Source: Eledone cirrhosa (lineage: Eukaryota). Taken from it: a stretch of DNA of 64,000 nucleotides. How positions within the stretch are numbered: position 1 is the stretch's first letter; every line of letters begins with the position of its first letter. The position numbers and the translations under genes are program-made. The DNA is taken from positions 9,548,001 to 9,612,000 of the forward strand of contig OZ024764.1 of NCBI GenBank assembly GCA_964016885.1, read 5' to 3'. The notes beneath the pieces are model-generated. The model searched no databases. It saw only the letters and a program-made list of their open reading frames with translations, and was not told the origin of the DNA. Of this stretch, positions 1 through 13,815 are shown in pieces.

Positions 1-1
1 T

Positions 2-1255
2 AAAGGTAAACCCCTCTACTTAGCTTTTGTCGACTTGGAGAAAGCCTTCGACAGAGTCCCCCGCTCCATTATCTGGTGGGCTCTTAGAAAACTAGGCGTT
101 GACGAATGGCTTGTGAGGGCTATACAAGCCATGTATAAAGAAACAGTCAGCAAGGTTAGAATTAACAACGAATATAGTGAAGAGTTTAGCGTAAAAGTCG
201 GCGTCCATCAGGGCTCTGTTCTCAGTCCACTACTATTTATTATTGCCCTTCAGGCCATAACAGAGGAGTTCAAGACAGGCTGCCCATGGGAACTCCTATA
301 CGCAGACGACCTGACACTCATAGCGGAATCAATGGCCGAGCTAGAGAAGAAATTCCAAACATGGAAGCACGGCCTAGAGTCAAAAGGACTTAAAATTAAC
401 CTGGCTAAGACCAAAGTACTAGTTTGTAGGAAAGAAAACAAGGCGGCGGTCCCTTCTGGGAAATGGTCGTGCTCGGTGTGTAGGAAAGGCGTAGGTAGAA
501 ACTCCATTTTATGTCCTAAATGCAAAGTATGGGTGCATAAAAGATGTAGTGGGATCACAGGTAGGCTAACTAAGAACATAGATTTTACATGTGGCCGGTG
601 CTCTGGTGCAATAAGTAGCAGCAAGTGCCCACAAACTACTAGCTCTTTCAATTGCGCAGAGGGTTCTATAGAAATAGTGGACAGCTTCCGTTACCTGGGC
701 GATAAAATCAGCAGTGGGGGAGGGTGCTCTGAAAGTACTGTAGCTAGAGTCAGAACTGGTTGGAAAAAGTTCAGAGAGCTTATACCACTATTAGCTGCTA
801 AAGGGTTCTCACTAAAAATGAAAGGCAGGTTGTACGATGCCTGCATACGAACAGCAATGCTGCATGGCAGTGAGACCTGGGCATTGTGTGCAGAGGATAT
901 ACGCAGACTAGAGAGGAACGAAGCTTGCATGCTCCGCTGGATGTGTAACAGTAATATACGTGAACGGCAAAGCATAAACGAACTAAGGAATAAATTAGAG
1001 ATAAGAGGGATCAGATGTTGTTTACTCGAGAGAAGGCTACGTTGGTATGGACACGTGATGCGCATGAAAGTCGATAGCTGTATAACAAAGTGCAGGGCAA
1101 TAAAGATAGACGGTAGTCACGGAATAGGCAGACCTAGAAAAACCTGGGACGAGCTGATAAACTCCGACATCACACACTTACACCTCTCCAAGACAATGTC
1201 ACTGGACCGAGACCTTTGGCGGTACTCAGTAACAGAGAAGACCCGCCTTACCTAA
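2..1255 (+). CDS. RTE-clade non-LTR retrotransposon ORF, 3' part (reverse transcriptase with internal PHD-like finger); open to the window edge
   Basis: Frame open from nt 2 (LYLAFVDLEKAFD). RT motifs GVHQGSVLSPLLF, YADD (299-310) and FRYLG. RTE-type C-terminus RRLRWYGHVMRM...GRPRKTW...DRDLWR. No stops in >400 codons. Confidence 0.95.
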   Translation, partial: KGKPLYLAFVDLEKAFDRVPRSIIWWALRKLGVDEWLVRAIQAMYKETVSKVRINNEYSEEFSVKVGVHQGSVLSPLLFIIALQAITEEFKTGCPWELLYADDLTLIAESMAELEKKFQTWKHGLESKGLKINLAKTKVLVCRKENKAAVPSGKWSCSVCRKGVGRNSILCPKCKVWVHKRCSGITGRLTKNIDFTCGRCSGAISSSKCPQTTSSFNCAEGSIEIVDSFRYLGDKISSGGGCSESTVARVRTGWKKFRELIPLLAAKGFSLKMKGRLYDACIRTAMLHGSETWALCAEDIRRLERNEACMLRWMCNSNIRERQSINELRNKLEIRGIRCCLLERRLRWYGHVMRMKVDSCITKCRAIKIDGSHGIGRPRKTWDELINSDITHLHLSKTMSLDRDLWRYSVTEKTRLT

Positions 1256-1645
1256 ATATATAGTAAAACCTACTCCAGCCAGTAGGCATCTCTAACAAAT
1301 ACACCCCGTCCCACCACCCCCACCCGATCCACACCACCCCGTTCTATGTAAAGTTATGTTGGTGCCGCGCCATCGAGGCCGAAACAAATGAGATCGTGTA
1401 GGTGTCACGACAAAAAAACACACAGTCCACGCTGTAATGTGGCCGTGTAGGCAACACGGTAAAAACCTCCCAGACCCACACTGTAAATGTGGTTGGTGTT
1501 AGGAAGGGCATCCAACTGTAGAAAACCTGCCAGACAGTCCTATGCGAGCAAGACAATCACTCTTGCCTCAAGTGGGACTACCCCCGTCCAAACCCATGCA
1601 AGCGTGGAACACGGACGTTAAACGCTGATGATGATGATGATGATG
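1256..1645 (+). mobile_element. 3' UTR of the RTE LINE ending in a (TGA)n tail
   Basis: Follows the ORF stop and ends ...cccatgcaagcgtggaacacggacgttaaacg(ctg)(atg)n. The same UTR follows the same ORF end at 26430-27114. Confidence 0.9.
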
Positions 1646-1676
<31 letters not shown>

Positions 1677-1681
1677 CATAC

Positions 1682-1719
<38 letters not shown>

Positions 1720-1724
1720 CATAC

Positions 1725-1934
<210 letters not shown>

Positions 1935-1943
1935 TATGTATAT

Positions 1944-2009
<66 letters not shown>

Positions 2010-2180
2010 GTTATATAGTAAGGTGCATTATTGGTTGTATAAAATGGTCCAATAACTTTATGTTAGCAATATTAAGTTCTCCACGCTTTTGTATATCTCC
2101 AATTCCATTCAAGGGAACAGCTAGATGATGTAAAACGGATGATGAAAATCTGAAGGCAAGGTAACATTCCAATCATTTAA

Positions 2181-2254
2181 TCATGACACATGTTTCAATA
2201 AGAGATAGATCGATTGTGAAACCATGATCGATTATCACTGATCTCATCAGGTGA
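2181..2254 (-). ncRNA. Type I hammerhead ribozyme motif (slightly degenerate)
   Basis: Minus strand: tcac CTGATGA [long imperfect stem II] GAAA catgtg TC atga. One mismatch in stem I. Confidence 0.6.
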
Positions 2255-2506
2255 AAATGAATTGTCTTCAAATTCTTGATATGAGGGAGAAAAATAACGA
2301 TGTTCTCTCACAGAATTCATTCCCTCATATGTAGACACACCAGTCAGAGACACGGCGACTGCTATTAGCTTCAGTTGAGGTCTAAGCGCACCTACCTTTA
2401 CTTTAAGATACCCTAACCATTGAGTTCTCTCAGTTGGGATAAAGCTAGTCGTTTTACACACTTAGTTAGAACCGATTACGCTCTCTATACATAACTCGAC
2501 ACACAG

Positions 2507-2843
2507 TGGCTTAGTGGTTAGAGCATTGGCCTTGCAATCGAAAGGTTGTGAGTTCAATTCTGAGACCGGGTGATGTGTTGTTTCCTTGAGCAAGAGACTT
2601 TATTTCACATTGCTCCAGTTTACTCAGCTGTAGAAATGAGATGATAGGACTGGGGTCCCTATCATTCCACTGCAAAAATGGTCGTAGAGGTGCCACGGCA
2701 AAAAAGCACCCAGCACTCACTGTAAATGAGGTTGGTGTTAGGAAGGGCATCCAGCTGTAGAAATCAAGCCAGAATCAGTCCCCGTCCCACACCTTGCAAG
2801 CAGGGAAAAGCGGACGTAAAATGATATGATGAATGAAATGATG
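2507..2843 (+). mobile_element. tRNA-CORE SINE with RTE-derived tail (family B)
   Basis: A-box tggcttagtggttaga, B-box gagttcaattct, MIR/CORE-like ccttgagcaaga..ctt...ccagtttactcagctgtagaaatgagatgata, tail cttgcaagcagggaaaagcggacgtaaaatga. Confidence 0.88.
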
Positions 2844-3417
2844 ACAGTACCCGTTTCCTTTAGACATTGAGCTCCCACAATTACGACCGTCACGTTCCTA
2901 CCGACTGAACACTACACTAGGTTTTGATCCGTGATCATCTAACCATGGAGGACTCACTGTTACGGATTGAACAATAATACTGACACACCATTAATGGGCC
3001 TACACACATCCTTTGGATTTTACTACCCTGTGTTTTTTTACTCCACCTTCTGTGTTGGATAGCACACCTCCACCACTCAAACAACTATCTTAAAAGCCCA
3101 TTGGCCCATATGACGGGAAATCACACTTACGGACGCATTTACCCAGTACCCAACCCTACACGGAGCCCTTTGCTGGCCTACATTGCGGTTGCTTCCACGC
3201 ACGGATTTGGTGACTCGGATTCTCAATGGGACAGCGGTACATACTGAGTTCAATATGCGCTGATTGCTTGCTCTTCACATGGATGTGTATATACCCGGAC
3301 ATACCCCCCTTTTTTGGACGACTCGGATGTGTATATACCATAACATACACTTGAAGATATGGATGTTACAATTCAATCTATACACGTATAGCAGAACACT
3401 GAACTGAACTTACTTGC

Positions 3418-3456
<39 letters not shown>

Positions 3457-3622
3457 TGTGCGTGTGCGTGTGCGTGTGTGTGTGGGGGGGGGGCGTTGGT
3501 TAACCCAATATTTCCAATTTACATTGTCAAATTGAGATTTGACCAATATAGCTTCTGTTGTTTTGTGAACTAACTTTCGGTGAGTGCTGTGTTGGTACAT
3601 TCATATATTTGTTTTCTTATGT

Positions 3623-3788
<166 letters not shown>

Positions 3789-3948
3789 CGTTTAACATCT
3801 ATTTTCCAAGCTAACATGGGTTAGACAGATTGTTGTTATTAGATTAACCAGAAGCTGAAGAAGGAGGAGGAGAAGAAGTAGAAGAAGGAGGAGAAGGAGA
3901 AGAAGAAGAAGAAGAAGAAGAAGAAGAAGAAGACAAAATAATAATAAT

Positions 3949-4056
3949 AATAATTGTTTCTACTTTTGACACAAGGCCAGCAATTACCCCAGTGTATTAC
4001 TGGTACTTTATTTTATCGACCCCGTAAGAATGAAAGGCAAAGTCAACCTCGGCGGG
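3949..4056 (-). mobile_element. Truncated SINE of the family at 46818-47006 (Nin-like central domain)
   Basis: Reverse complement of gttgactttgcctttcattcttacggggtcgataaaataaagtaccagt...ggccttgtgtcaaaagtagaaacaatta. Confidence 0.75.
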
Positions 4057-4080
4057 TTGACTTTGAATAATAATAAAAAA

Positions 4081-4243
4081 ATTAGTCCAGCCCCACTTTT
4101 TGGAACACTTCAAAAGGCATGCTTGCTGGGAACAGCAAGAACCCTCCGAAACGTCCTGAATATCTGAGGCTGCAGGTAGTGGCTTGATATTCATTTCAAC
4201 AAACTTTCCAGTTAAATAACATCAATGACTGAAACTCAAAGAA
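4081..4243 (+). mobile_element. R4/Dong-like LINE 3' end, copy 1
   Basis: Nearly identical to 4540-4686 (LQKACLLGTARTL..VLNI* plus UTR) and flanked by TAA/CAA repeats. Confidence 0.8.
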
Positions 4244-4280
4244 CAACAACAACAACAATAATAATAATAATAATAATAAT

Positions 4281-4684
4281 ACTGGAACACAATAGACCTG
4301 ACCTGGTGGTTTTGGACAAGGAAAAAAGATCGTTCCTGATTGTGGATGTGGCCTGCCCATTCGACACGAGAGTGCAAGAGAAGGAGAGGGAGAAAATTAA
4401 CCGATACCAGGACTTAAAGTGGGAGGTAAAAAGGATTTGGAACTGCCATGAAGTCAAAGTGGTCCCGATTGTCATAGGCGCACTAGGTACTATCTCAAAA
4501 AGTTTCCAGGGATGGTTAAAGAAAATTGGCCCCTTCACGCTTTTTGGAACGCTTCAAAAGGCATGCTTGCTGGGAACAGCAAGAACCCTCCAATACGTCC
4601 TGAATATCTGAGGCTGCAGGTAGTGGCTTGAAATTCATTTCAACAAACTTTCCAGTTAACTAACATCAATGACTGAGACTCAAA

Positions 4685-4686
<2 letters not shown>
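4281..4686 (+). mobile_element. R4/Dong-like LINE 3' end, copy 2, encoding a restriction-like endonuclease domain
   Basis: HNRPDLVVLDK...IVDVACPFD...EKINRYQDL...VVPIVIGALG...LQKACLLGTART is a PD-(D/E)xK RLE C-terminus. Bounded by (TAA)n on both sides. Confidence 0.9.
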
Positions 4687-4718
<32 letters not shown>

Positions 4719-4723
<5 letters not shown>

Positions 4724-5018
4724 CAATACCAGTGGTTGTAGGCGCTCTGGGAATGATACCTAAGGGGTCTAATGATTACTTATCGCAAATCCCAGGAAGC
4801 CCGCGTAGAGGAGAAATACAAAAGATAATACTAATGGGAACTGCCCATATACTAAGGAAGATTCTGTCAATATAAGTACATCACAAGTCTAAACACTAAA
4901 GATGCATGTGTGTGTATGTATGTTCTTTCTTGAACATGGCGGACCTTGTTGTCTCTTGAGGTCACTGGTTGTGACTTGGTGATAACTCGTATGAACATAA
5001 AGCAAGATAAATGCAACT

Positions 5019-5020
<2 letters not shown>
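4719..5020 (+). mobile_element. R4/Dong-like LINE 3' end, second family
   Basis: KTIPVVVGALGMIPKG...EIQKIILMGTAHILRKILSI* plus UTR, bounded by (TAA)n. Confidence 0.8.
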
Positions 5021-5052
<32 letters not shown>

Positions 5053-5319
5053 GAAGAAGAAGAAGAAGAAATATAAGTTCTACCTTACCTTATGGTTAAC
5101 ACCAGTAGTATTGTAATACTTGAGGTAGCCATCATTCCTGGCAACGTGCCTATCTGTCTGCCTCTCTGTTCCTCTTTCTCTCAGTTTTTCTCTCTCTTTA
5201 TTTGCTGCTGATCTCTCTGTCTCTCTCTCCCTCTTTCTCTGGTTGACTGTCTCTCTGTCTGACTGGATGGCTGTTTTCAAGTTAATGCAAATATATATAT
5301 ATATATTAATATTAGCCAT

Positions 5320-5362
<43 letters not shown>

Positions 5363-5397
5363 GTATATATACATATATATTTAATATATATATATAT

Positions 5398-5737
5398 CCC
5401 ACCACCACCACCCCCACCCCATCCACACCACCCCGTTCTATGTAAAGTTATGTTGGTGCCGCGCCATCCAGGCCGAAACAAATGAGATCGTGTAGGTGTC
5501 ACGACAAAAAAACACACAGTCCACGCTGTAATGTGGCCGTGTAGGCAACACGGTAAAAACCTCCCAGACCCACACTGTAAATGTGGTTGGTTTAGGAAGG
5601 GCATCCAGCTGTAGAAAACCTGCCAGACAGTCCTATGCGAGCAAGACAATCACTCTTGCCTCAAGTGGGAATACCCCCGTCCAAACCCATGCAAGCGTGG
5701 AACACGGACGTTAAACATTGATGATGATGATGATGAT
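5398..5737 (+). mobile_element. 5'-truncated RTE LINE (3' UTR only)
   Basis: Near-identical to 1310-1645, with (TGA)n tail. Confidence 0.9.
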
Positions 5738-6038
5738 ATATATTTATTAAAATAACAGATTAAAGTTTAAGCAAAGAATCGCTGCTTTCACCCTTAACGG
5801 GATCTTCTAAAACTAACAAAGTCAATCTGTGAACGCAGAAGTGAATATTTCAAAAAACGTTGCAACCGGAGGAAGACAGGAAGACGATACTTTGGTTCGT
5901 GGAAACGTTCCCTGGCAACGAACGGGAAAAAAAGAATATAATACGTCATTAATATTTGCTCTACGGTTCTTATATATTTGATATATATTTATCCTTATCG
6001 AGCCCTCTATGGATTTTAGTCTTCAAATTTATTATTAT

Positions 6039-6081
<43 letters not shown>

Positions 6082-6160
6082 GTATATATACATATATATT
6101 TAATATATATATATATACGATATTAAACAAATGGAAACTACATTTATAAAACCATATTTA

Positions 6161-6222
6161 TTTCATTATATATATTTCAGGGATATCATATTAAAAATAT
6201 GGTATGCCCTCTTCAGACAAAA
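6161..6222 (-). ncRNA. Type I hammerhead ribozyme motif (family H1)
   Basis: Minus strand: ttttgt CTGAAGA gggcataccatatt-ttt-aatatgatatccct GAAA tatata TA atgaaa. Confidence 0.75.
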
Positions 6223-6295
6223 TACAATATATAAATATATATAATATATATATATATATATATACATATATTTAATATATATATATATATATATA

Positions 6296-6339
<44 letters not shown>

Positions 6340-6389
6340 TATATACATATATATTTAATATATATATATATATATTAATATTATCCATC

Positions 6390-6434
<45 letters not shown>

Positions 6435-6541
6435 TTAGTATATATACATATATATTTAGTATATATATATATATATATATACTAAATATATATATATCAT
6501 CATCATCATCATCATCGTTTAATGTCCATCTTCCAATTGTC

Positions 6542-6572
<31 letters not shown>

Positions 6573-6654
6573 GCACACAAACAGCCTAACCACAAGCCCA
6601 CACACCTTCTTTGACATCAAACCATTACACAGAAATTCTCAACTTCCCCACCCA

Positions 6655-6932
6655 TCCATCACCTTCACCACCTTCACCCCGGCCCTCCACCACCTTCACC
6701 CCGGCCCTTCACCACCTTCACCCTGGCCCTCCACCATCTTCACCCCGGCCCTCCAGCACCTTCACCCCAGCCCTTCACCACCTTCACCCCGGCCCTCCAC
6801 CACCTTCACCCCAGCCCTCCACCATCTTCACCCCGGCCCTCCACCACCTTCACCCCGGCCCTTCACCACCTTCACCCCGGCCCTTCACCACCTTCACCCT
6901 GGCCCTCCACCATCTTCACCCCGGCCCTCCAC
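6655..6932. repeat. 22-bp C-rich minisatellite, ~12 copies
   Basis: Unit ccaccaccttcaccccggccct. Confidence 0.9.
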
Positions 6933-7099
6933 CCAGTGGCATGTCCAAGTGAAACAGCTAACTAGCTATTTCCGGTTGAGATATCCAAGACTGAGCTATC
7001 AAATCTCTGGATTCTCCCATTGTTAGTCTTGGATTTGGGACTTTCCCATGTTTTGGTCTTTTGTTATGTACACAGTAATTGTGTGTGTGTGTGTATATA

Positions 7100-7138
<39 letters not shown>

Positions 7139-7149
7139 TATATATATTT

Positions 7150-7335
7150 TAATATAGAAGAGCTTCTACAGGACCATAACTGTTTCATTCGTAAGAAATC
7201 ATCAGGAAGCTTCCTGATGATTTCTCACAAATGAAACAGTTCTAGACCTGTACAAGCTTTTCTATATTACAACATTTATACTCTGCTATGTATTGAGTAC
7301 CTTACTTACTGTGGTTACCTCCGATTCAACCCGGA
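7150..7335. mobile_element. Palindromic twin-hammerhead element (family H2) with unpaired tail
   Basis: Inverted repeat 7150-7269 centred on aagctt (7207-7212). Hammerhead on minus strand 7162-7210 (gcttc CTGATGA tttc ttac gaat GAAA cag ttatggtc ctg TA gaagc) and on plus strand 7209-7257. Homologous to 63524-63717. Confidence 0.75.
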
Positions 7336-7555
7336 ATAACTTATATACATATATATATACATATACATACTTATATGCATATATATATATTATATATATC
7401 CATACATTCGTATATATATATTCATATATACACACATGTATATTGCTCTACGGTTCTTATATATTTGATATATATTTATCCTTATCTAGCCCTCTTTGGA
7501 TTTTAGTCTTCAAATTTATTATTTTTACTATATATATATATATATATATATAAAT

Positions 7556-7587
<32 letters not shown>

Positions 7588-7930
7588 CATCATTCATCAT
7601 CATTTCATTTTACGTCCGCTTTTCCCTGCTTGCAAGGGTGGGACGGGAACTGATTCTGGCTTGATTTCTACAGCTGGATGCCCTTCCTAACACCAACCCC
7701 ATTTACAGTGAGTGCTGGGTGCTTTTTTGCCGTGGCACCTCCATGACCACTTTGCAGTGGAATGATAGGAACCCCAGTCCCTATCATCTCATTTCTACAG
7801 CTGAGTAAACTGGAGCAATGTGAAATAAAGTGTCTTGCTCAAGGAAACAACACATCACACGGTCTGAGAATTGAACTCACAACCTTTCGATTGCAAGGCC
7901 AATGCTCTAACCCCTAACCCATGTGCCTCC
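7588..7930 (-). mobile_element. tRNA-CORE SINE family B, full length
   Basis: Reverse complement of the family B consensus from the ggaggcacat head to the (TGA) tail. Confidence 0.9.
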
Positions 7931-8024
7931 ATATATATATTTATTAAAATAACAGATTAAAGTTTATTATTATTACTATATAAATATATATATATATATA
8001 TTATATATATATATATGTTTACAT

Positions 8025-8220
8025 ATAGGAAAAGAGCCAGGACCCCGACAGCTGAGCTCCGACCGTTTCGACAGTTAGATCTGACTGATCTAGCTGTCGA
8101 ATTGGCCGGAGCTCAGCTGTCGGGGTCCTGGCTCTTTTCCTATTACCCACTCTACTACCCTAAGTATTGAGTACTCTGGTGCGTTATGATCCACCTGGTT
8201 TCTTACCACATCTTCTTTGT
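8025..8220. mobile_element. Fold-back element family P1 (PLE-like terminus)
   Basis: Inverted arms 8025-8080 and 8087-8143, plus tail cccactctactaccctaagtattgagtactctggtgcgttatg...ccacat. Confidence 0.7.
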
Positions 8221-8226
8221 TATATA

Positions 8227-8274
<48 letters not shown>

Positions 8275-8481
8275 ATATATAAACATATATATATATATAT
8301 ATATATATTTCTATCTGTAAATATATACATAGAAATTACTTCTACAGCACTACAACTGTTTCACTTTAGGGGGACGGGAGATGGGATAGGGGTAGCTTTT
8401 AAAAGTATTTTCCTTTTATTGTCTTTTGTTCTTCCTTTCAATCGTTTTTGTTAAAAAACTCTTTAATAACTGATTTATATA

Positions 8482-8826
8482 TTCATTTCATTCATTTCAT
8501 TTTTACGTCCGCTTTTTCCCTGCTTGCAAGGGTGGGACGGGAACTGATTCTGGCTTGATTTCTACAGCTGGATGCCCTTCCTAACACCAACCTCATTTAC
8601 AGTGAGTGCTGGGTGCTTTTTTTTGCCGTGGCACCTGCACGACCACTTTGCAGTGGAATGATATGGACCCCAGTCCCTATCATCTCATTTCTACAGCTGA
8701 GTAAACTGGAGCAATCTGAAATAAAGTGTCTTGCTCAAGGAAACAACACATCACCCGGTCTGAGAATTGAACTCACAACCTTTCGATTGCAAGGCCAATG
8801 CTCTAACCACTAAGCCATGTGCCTCC
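8482..8826 (-). mobile_element. tRNA-CORE SINE family B, full length
   Basis: Matches the family B consensus. Confidence 0.9.
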
Positions 8827-8843
8827 ATATATATATATATATA

Positions 8844-8885
<42 letters not shown>

Positions 8886-9688
8886 CGTTTCTGAATTTGT
8901 TTAGCAAGATTCTTTATCTGAAATCGTGTGTTGAAACCGATATTGTTATACTTTGGGAGGGTCATGTTGCCAATAAGAAACACACGCACCAGTTGCTTTC
9001 ACTTCAATTTATTATATATTTATAAATTTATAAATTTACAAATCTACAAACTTATAAATTTCTGGTTGGTTGGTTGGTTCCACAACCAGATAGTTGTTTA
9101 TATATATAGTCATAGTCCTTTCGTCACACACTCTGTGACCTCTTCAGTGACTGGGGATTCCTTTCTTCGTTTCTGTGCCTTTTCTTTCTTCTATCCTACA
9201 CCATTTTGTTTCTGTGTGTGTGTTGTGTGCTCAGTTTGCGCATGTGCCACATCCGGGTGTCTGTGTGTGTTTGTGTTCATGACCCTCCCAAAGTATAACA
9301 ATATATATATATAGATATATATATACACAAATACACATATATATTTACATATATATATGTGTGTATGTATAATATTTGTCAATACATAACGAGTATAGAG
9401 TTCCTTTCTTCATTTATTTTCATATTGTTTTTGTCCTCCCCCCCCCCCCGCTCTCGCTCGTTTATCTATAATTTTCATTAAAAGACTTAAATAAATCTTA
9501 TAAAAACATTTGCTACTCGAGAAAGAATTTAATGGTTTGTTTTTTTGTTTTTTTATAGTTTCTTGTGTGTTTTGAATGTTATTGTAGGGTTTGTTTTTGG
9601 TTCATTTTTTTACCCCTTAGAAAAAATAGGAAAATTGTCACGTTTGGAGAGAGATCGAAATAAATTTTAGAATTGTTACTTTCCCCTT

Positions 9689-10780
<1,092 letters not shown>

Positions 10781-11076
10781 ATAAAGAGAAAAATATAATG
10801 AATTATTTAGACAAACAAAACAGACGAAATATGAATACAGGACATGTTTAAGACTGATGTCTCCAGTTGTTAGCATTAATGACAGCACAGATCGTCTGCT
10901 TCAGTCATTTAAACTTTACATCCGGTTATCACTTTAAAACGTATATATATATATGTATATATGTTTATATGTTTGTATGTATGTATGTATATTTATATAT
11001 ATATGTGTGTGTAAGTGTATGTATGTGTGTGTGTATATATACCATTATCGTTTTTACATGTTTTTTCATATAGATT

Positions 11077-11125
<49 letters not shown>

Positions 11126-11363
11126 ACACATGCGTGTTTGTTTATTGTATATAAATCATAGAGTATGCTTTCATACACAAACATATGATATATATATATA
11201 TATATATATATATATCTATGTATATTATCTCTTTCAATTATATATATTTGCTTTCTTTAAGGATTTTGATTAAGTGTTTATCTACCAGACATCAGTATAT
11301 ATATATATATATACACATATATATATGATATATGAATATATATATATATATATATATGATATA

Positions 11364-11421
<58 letters not shown>

Positions 11422-11620
11422 TATACATCAATATCTATTTAGATATATATTGATGTAGATATAAGTATATATATATATATATACATATATATACATCAAT
11501 ATCTATTTAGATATATATTGATGTAAATGTAAGTATATATATATATATACACATATCAACATCTATTTACATATATATTGATGTATGTATATGTATGTAT
11601 ATATATATAGATAGATATTG

Positions 11621-11679
<59 letters not shown>

Positions 11680-12106
11680 TATCAATATCTATTTACATAT
11701 ACATTGATGTATGTATGTATATATATATATATATATATACACACACATATATATCAATATCTACTGACTTATATATTGATGTATATATAAATATATATAT
11801 ATATATATAAGACCAGACCAATAAACCCCCACCCCCACAATAATCATCATCATCATCATAAAGACAGCTATGACAATAACATAAACTACACTAACAATAA
11901 CAACAACCACAACAACAACAGTAAATGTAACAATAAAATCAATGTCGTATATACTATTTCTCTCCCACAACAGAACTACATGGGAAGTTTTGCTGGGTCC
12001 TTGTGGCGTCCATATTTATTTGATTAGTAAATAATGTGGTTTTTGTTTGGCCACATGGGAGATATATATATATCTGCTCATAAATCTATCTATCTATTCA
12101 TATATA

Positions 12107-12148
<42 letters not shown>

Positions 12149-12177
12149 TATATACATATACATATATATATATACAT

Positions 12178-12208
<31 letters not shown>

Positions 12209-12209
12209 C

Positions 12210-12241
<32 letters not shown>

Positions 12242-12242
12242 G

Positions 12243-12277
<35 letters not shown>

Positions 12278-12484
12278 GTGTATATATATATATATATGTA
12301 TATATATATGTGTATATATATATACATATATATATATGTATATATATATATGTATACATATATATATATGTATATATATATGTATATATATATATGTATA
12401 TATATATATGTATATATGTATGTATATATATATAAATGCATATATGTATATAAGTATATATATATATATATATATACATATATG

Positions 12485-12522
<38 letters not shown>

Positions 12523-12552
12523 CATATATGTATATATATATATGTATATATG

Positions 12553-12583
<31 letters not shown>

Positions 12584-12604
12584 TTATCCCCCCCCCTCTC
12601 TCTC

Positions 12605-12635
<31 letters not shown>

Positions 12636-12640
12636 TTATC

Positions 12641-12714
<74 letters not shown>

Positions 12715-12905
12715 TATGTATGTATATATATATATACATACTATAGATACACAAGTGTGTATATAAAGACCAGCAGTTTACATTAAGTAATTAAGTTAAG
12801 AAATAGTTGCTTGAACGTTCAACGTTGATTGTCTGCTCCCAGTGAAATCTAAACATTTCACTGGGGTTGGTGTCTTGTCAGGATGTAGTGTGGTGTGGGC
12901 TAGTA

Positions 12906-13075
12906 CACTACTACTACTACTGCTACTACTGGTGCTACTACTACTACTGTTACTACTACTACTGCTGCCAATACTGGTGCTACTACTACTACTGCTACTA
13001 CTACTGGTGCTACTACTACTACTACTACTACTACTGGTGCTACTACTACTACTACTACTGCTACTACTACCACTA

Positions 13076-13107
<32 letters not shown>

Positions 13108-13279
13108 GTTGCTACTACTGCTACTACTACTACTACTGCCACTACTGGTGCTAGTACTACTACTACTGCTGCCAATACTGGTGCTACTACTACTACTGCT
13201 ACTACTACTGGTGCTACTACTACTACTACTACTACTACTGGTGCTACTACTACTACTACTACTGCTACTACTACCACTA

Positions 13280-13311
<32 letters not shown>

Positions 13312-13426
13312 GTTGCTACTACTGCTACTACTACTACTACTGCCACTACTGGTGCTAGTACTACTACTACTGCTGCCAATACTGGTGCTACTACTACTAC
13401 TACTACTACTACTACCAATACTGGTG

Positions 13427-13458
<32 letters not shown>

Positions 13459-13510
13459 GCCACTACTGGTGCTACTACTACTACTACTACTGTTGCTACT
13501 GGTGCTACTA

Positions 13511-13544
<34 letters not shown>

Positions 13545-13815
13545 AACTACTACTACTACCACAATTTCTACTACTACCATCACCAACACCACCACTACCA
13601 TCACCAACAACACCACCACCACCACCACCTCCATTACACCACCACAATAACCAACACCACCACCACCACCACCATCACTCTCAACACCACAACCACCACC
13701 ACTACACCACCACCACAACCACCAACACCATCATCACCACCACTGTAAACACCACCACTACCACCAACACCACCACTATACCAACACCACCACCACTACC
13801 CCCCCCCCCCCCACC
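12906..13815. repeat. CTA-based then CCA-based degenerate trinucleotide array with internal block duplications
   Basis: Read directly. The block gctgccaatactggtgcta recurs. Confidence 0.9.

Noticed and set aside
2850-3030. Possible Penelope GIY-YIG C-terminal remnant
   Set aside because: The resemblance is faint and spans several stops and frameshifts. It cannot be supported without a profile search.
5775-5812. Hammerhead on the minus strand (tagaaga tccc gttaa gggt gaaa gcagc)
   Set aside because: The core is mutated (no CUGA) and there is no UH or stem I, so it is at best a decayed copy and was not counted.
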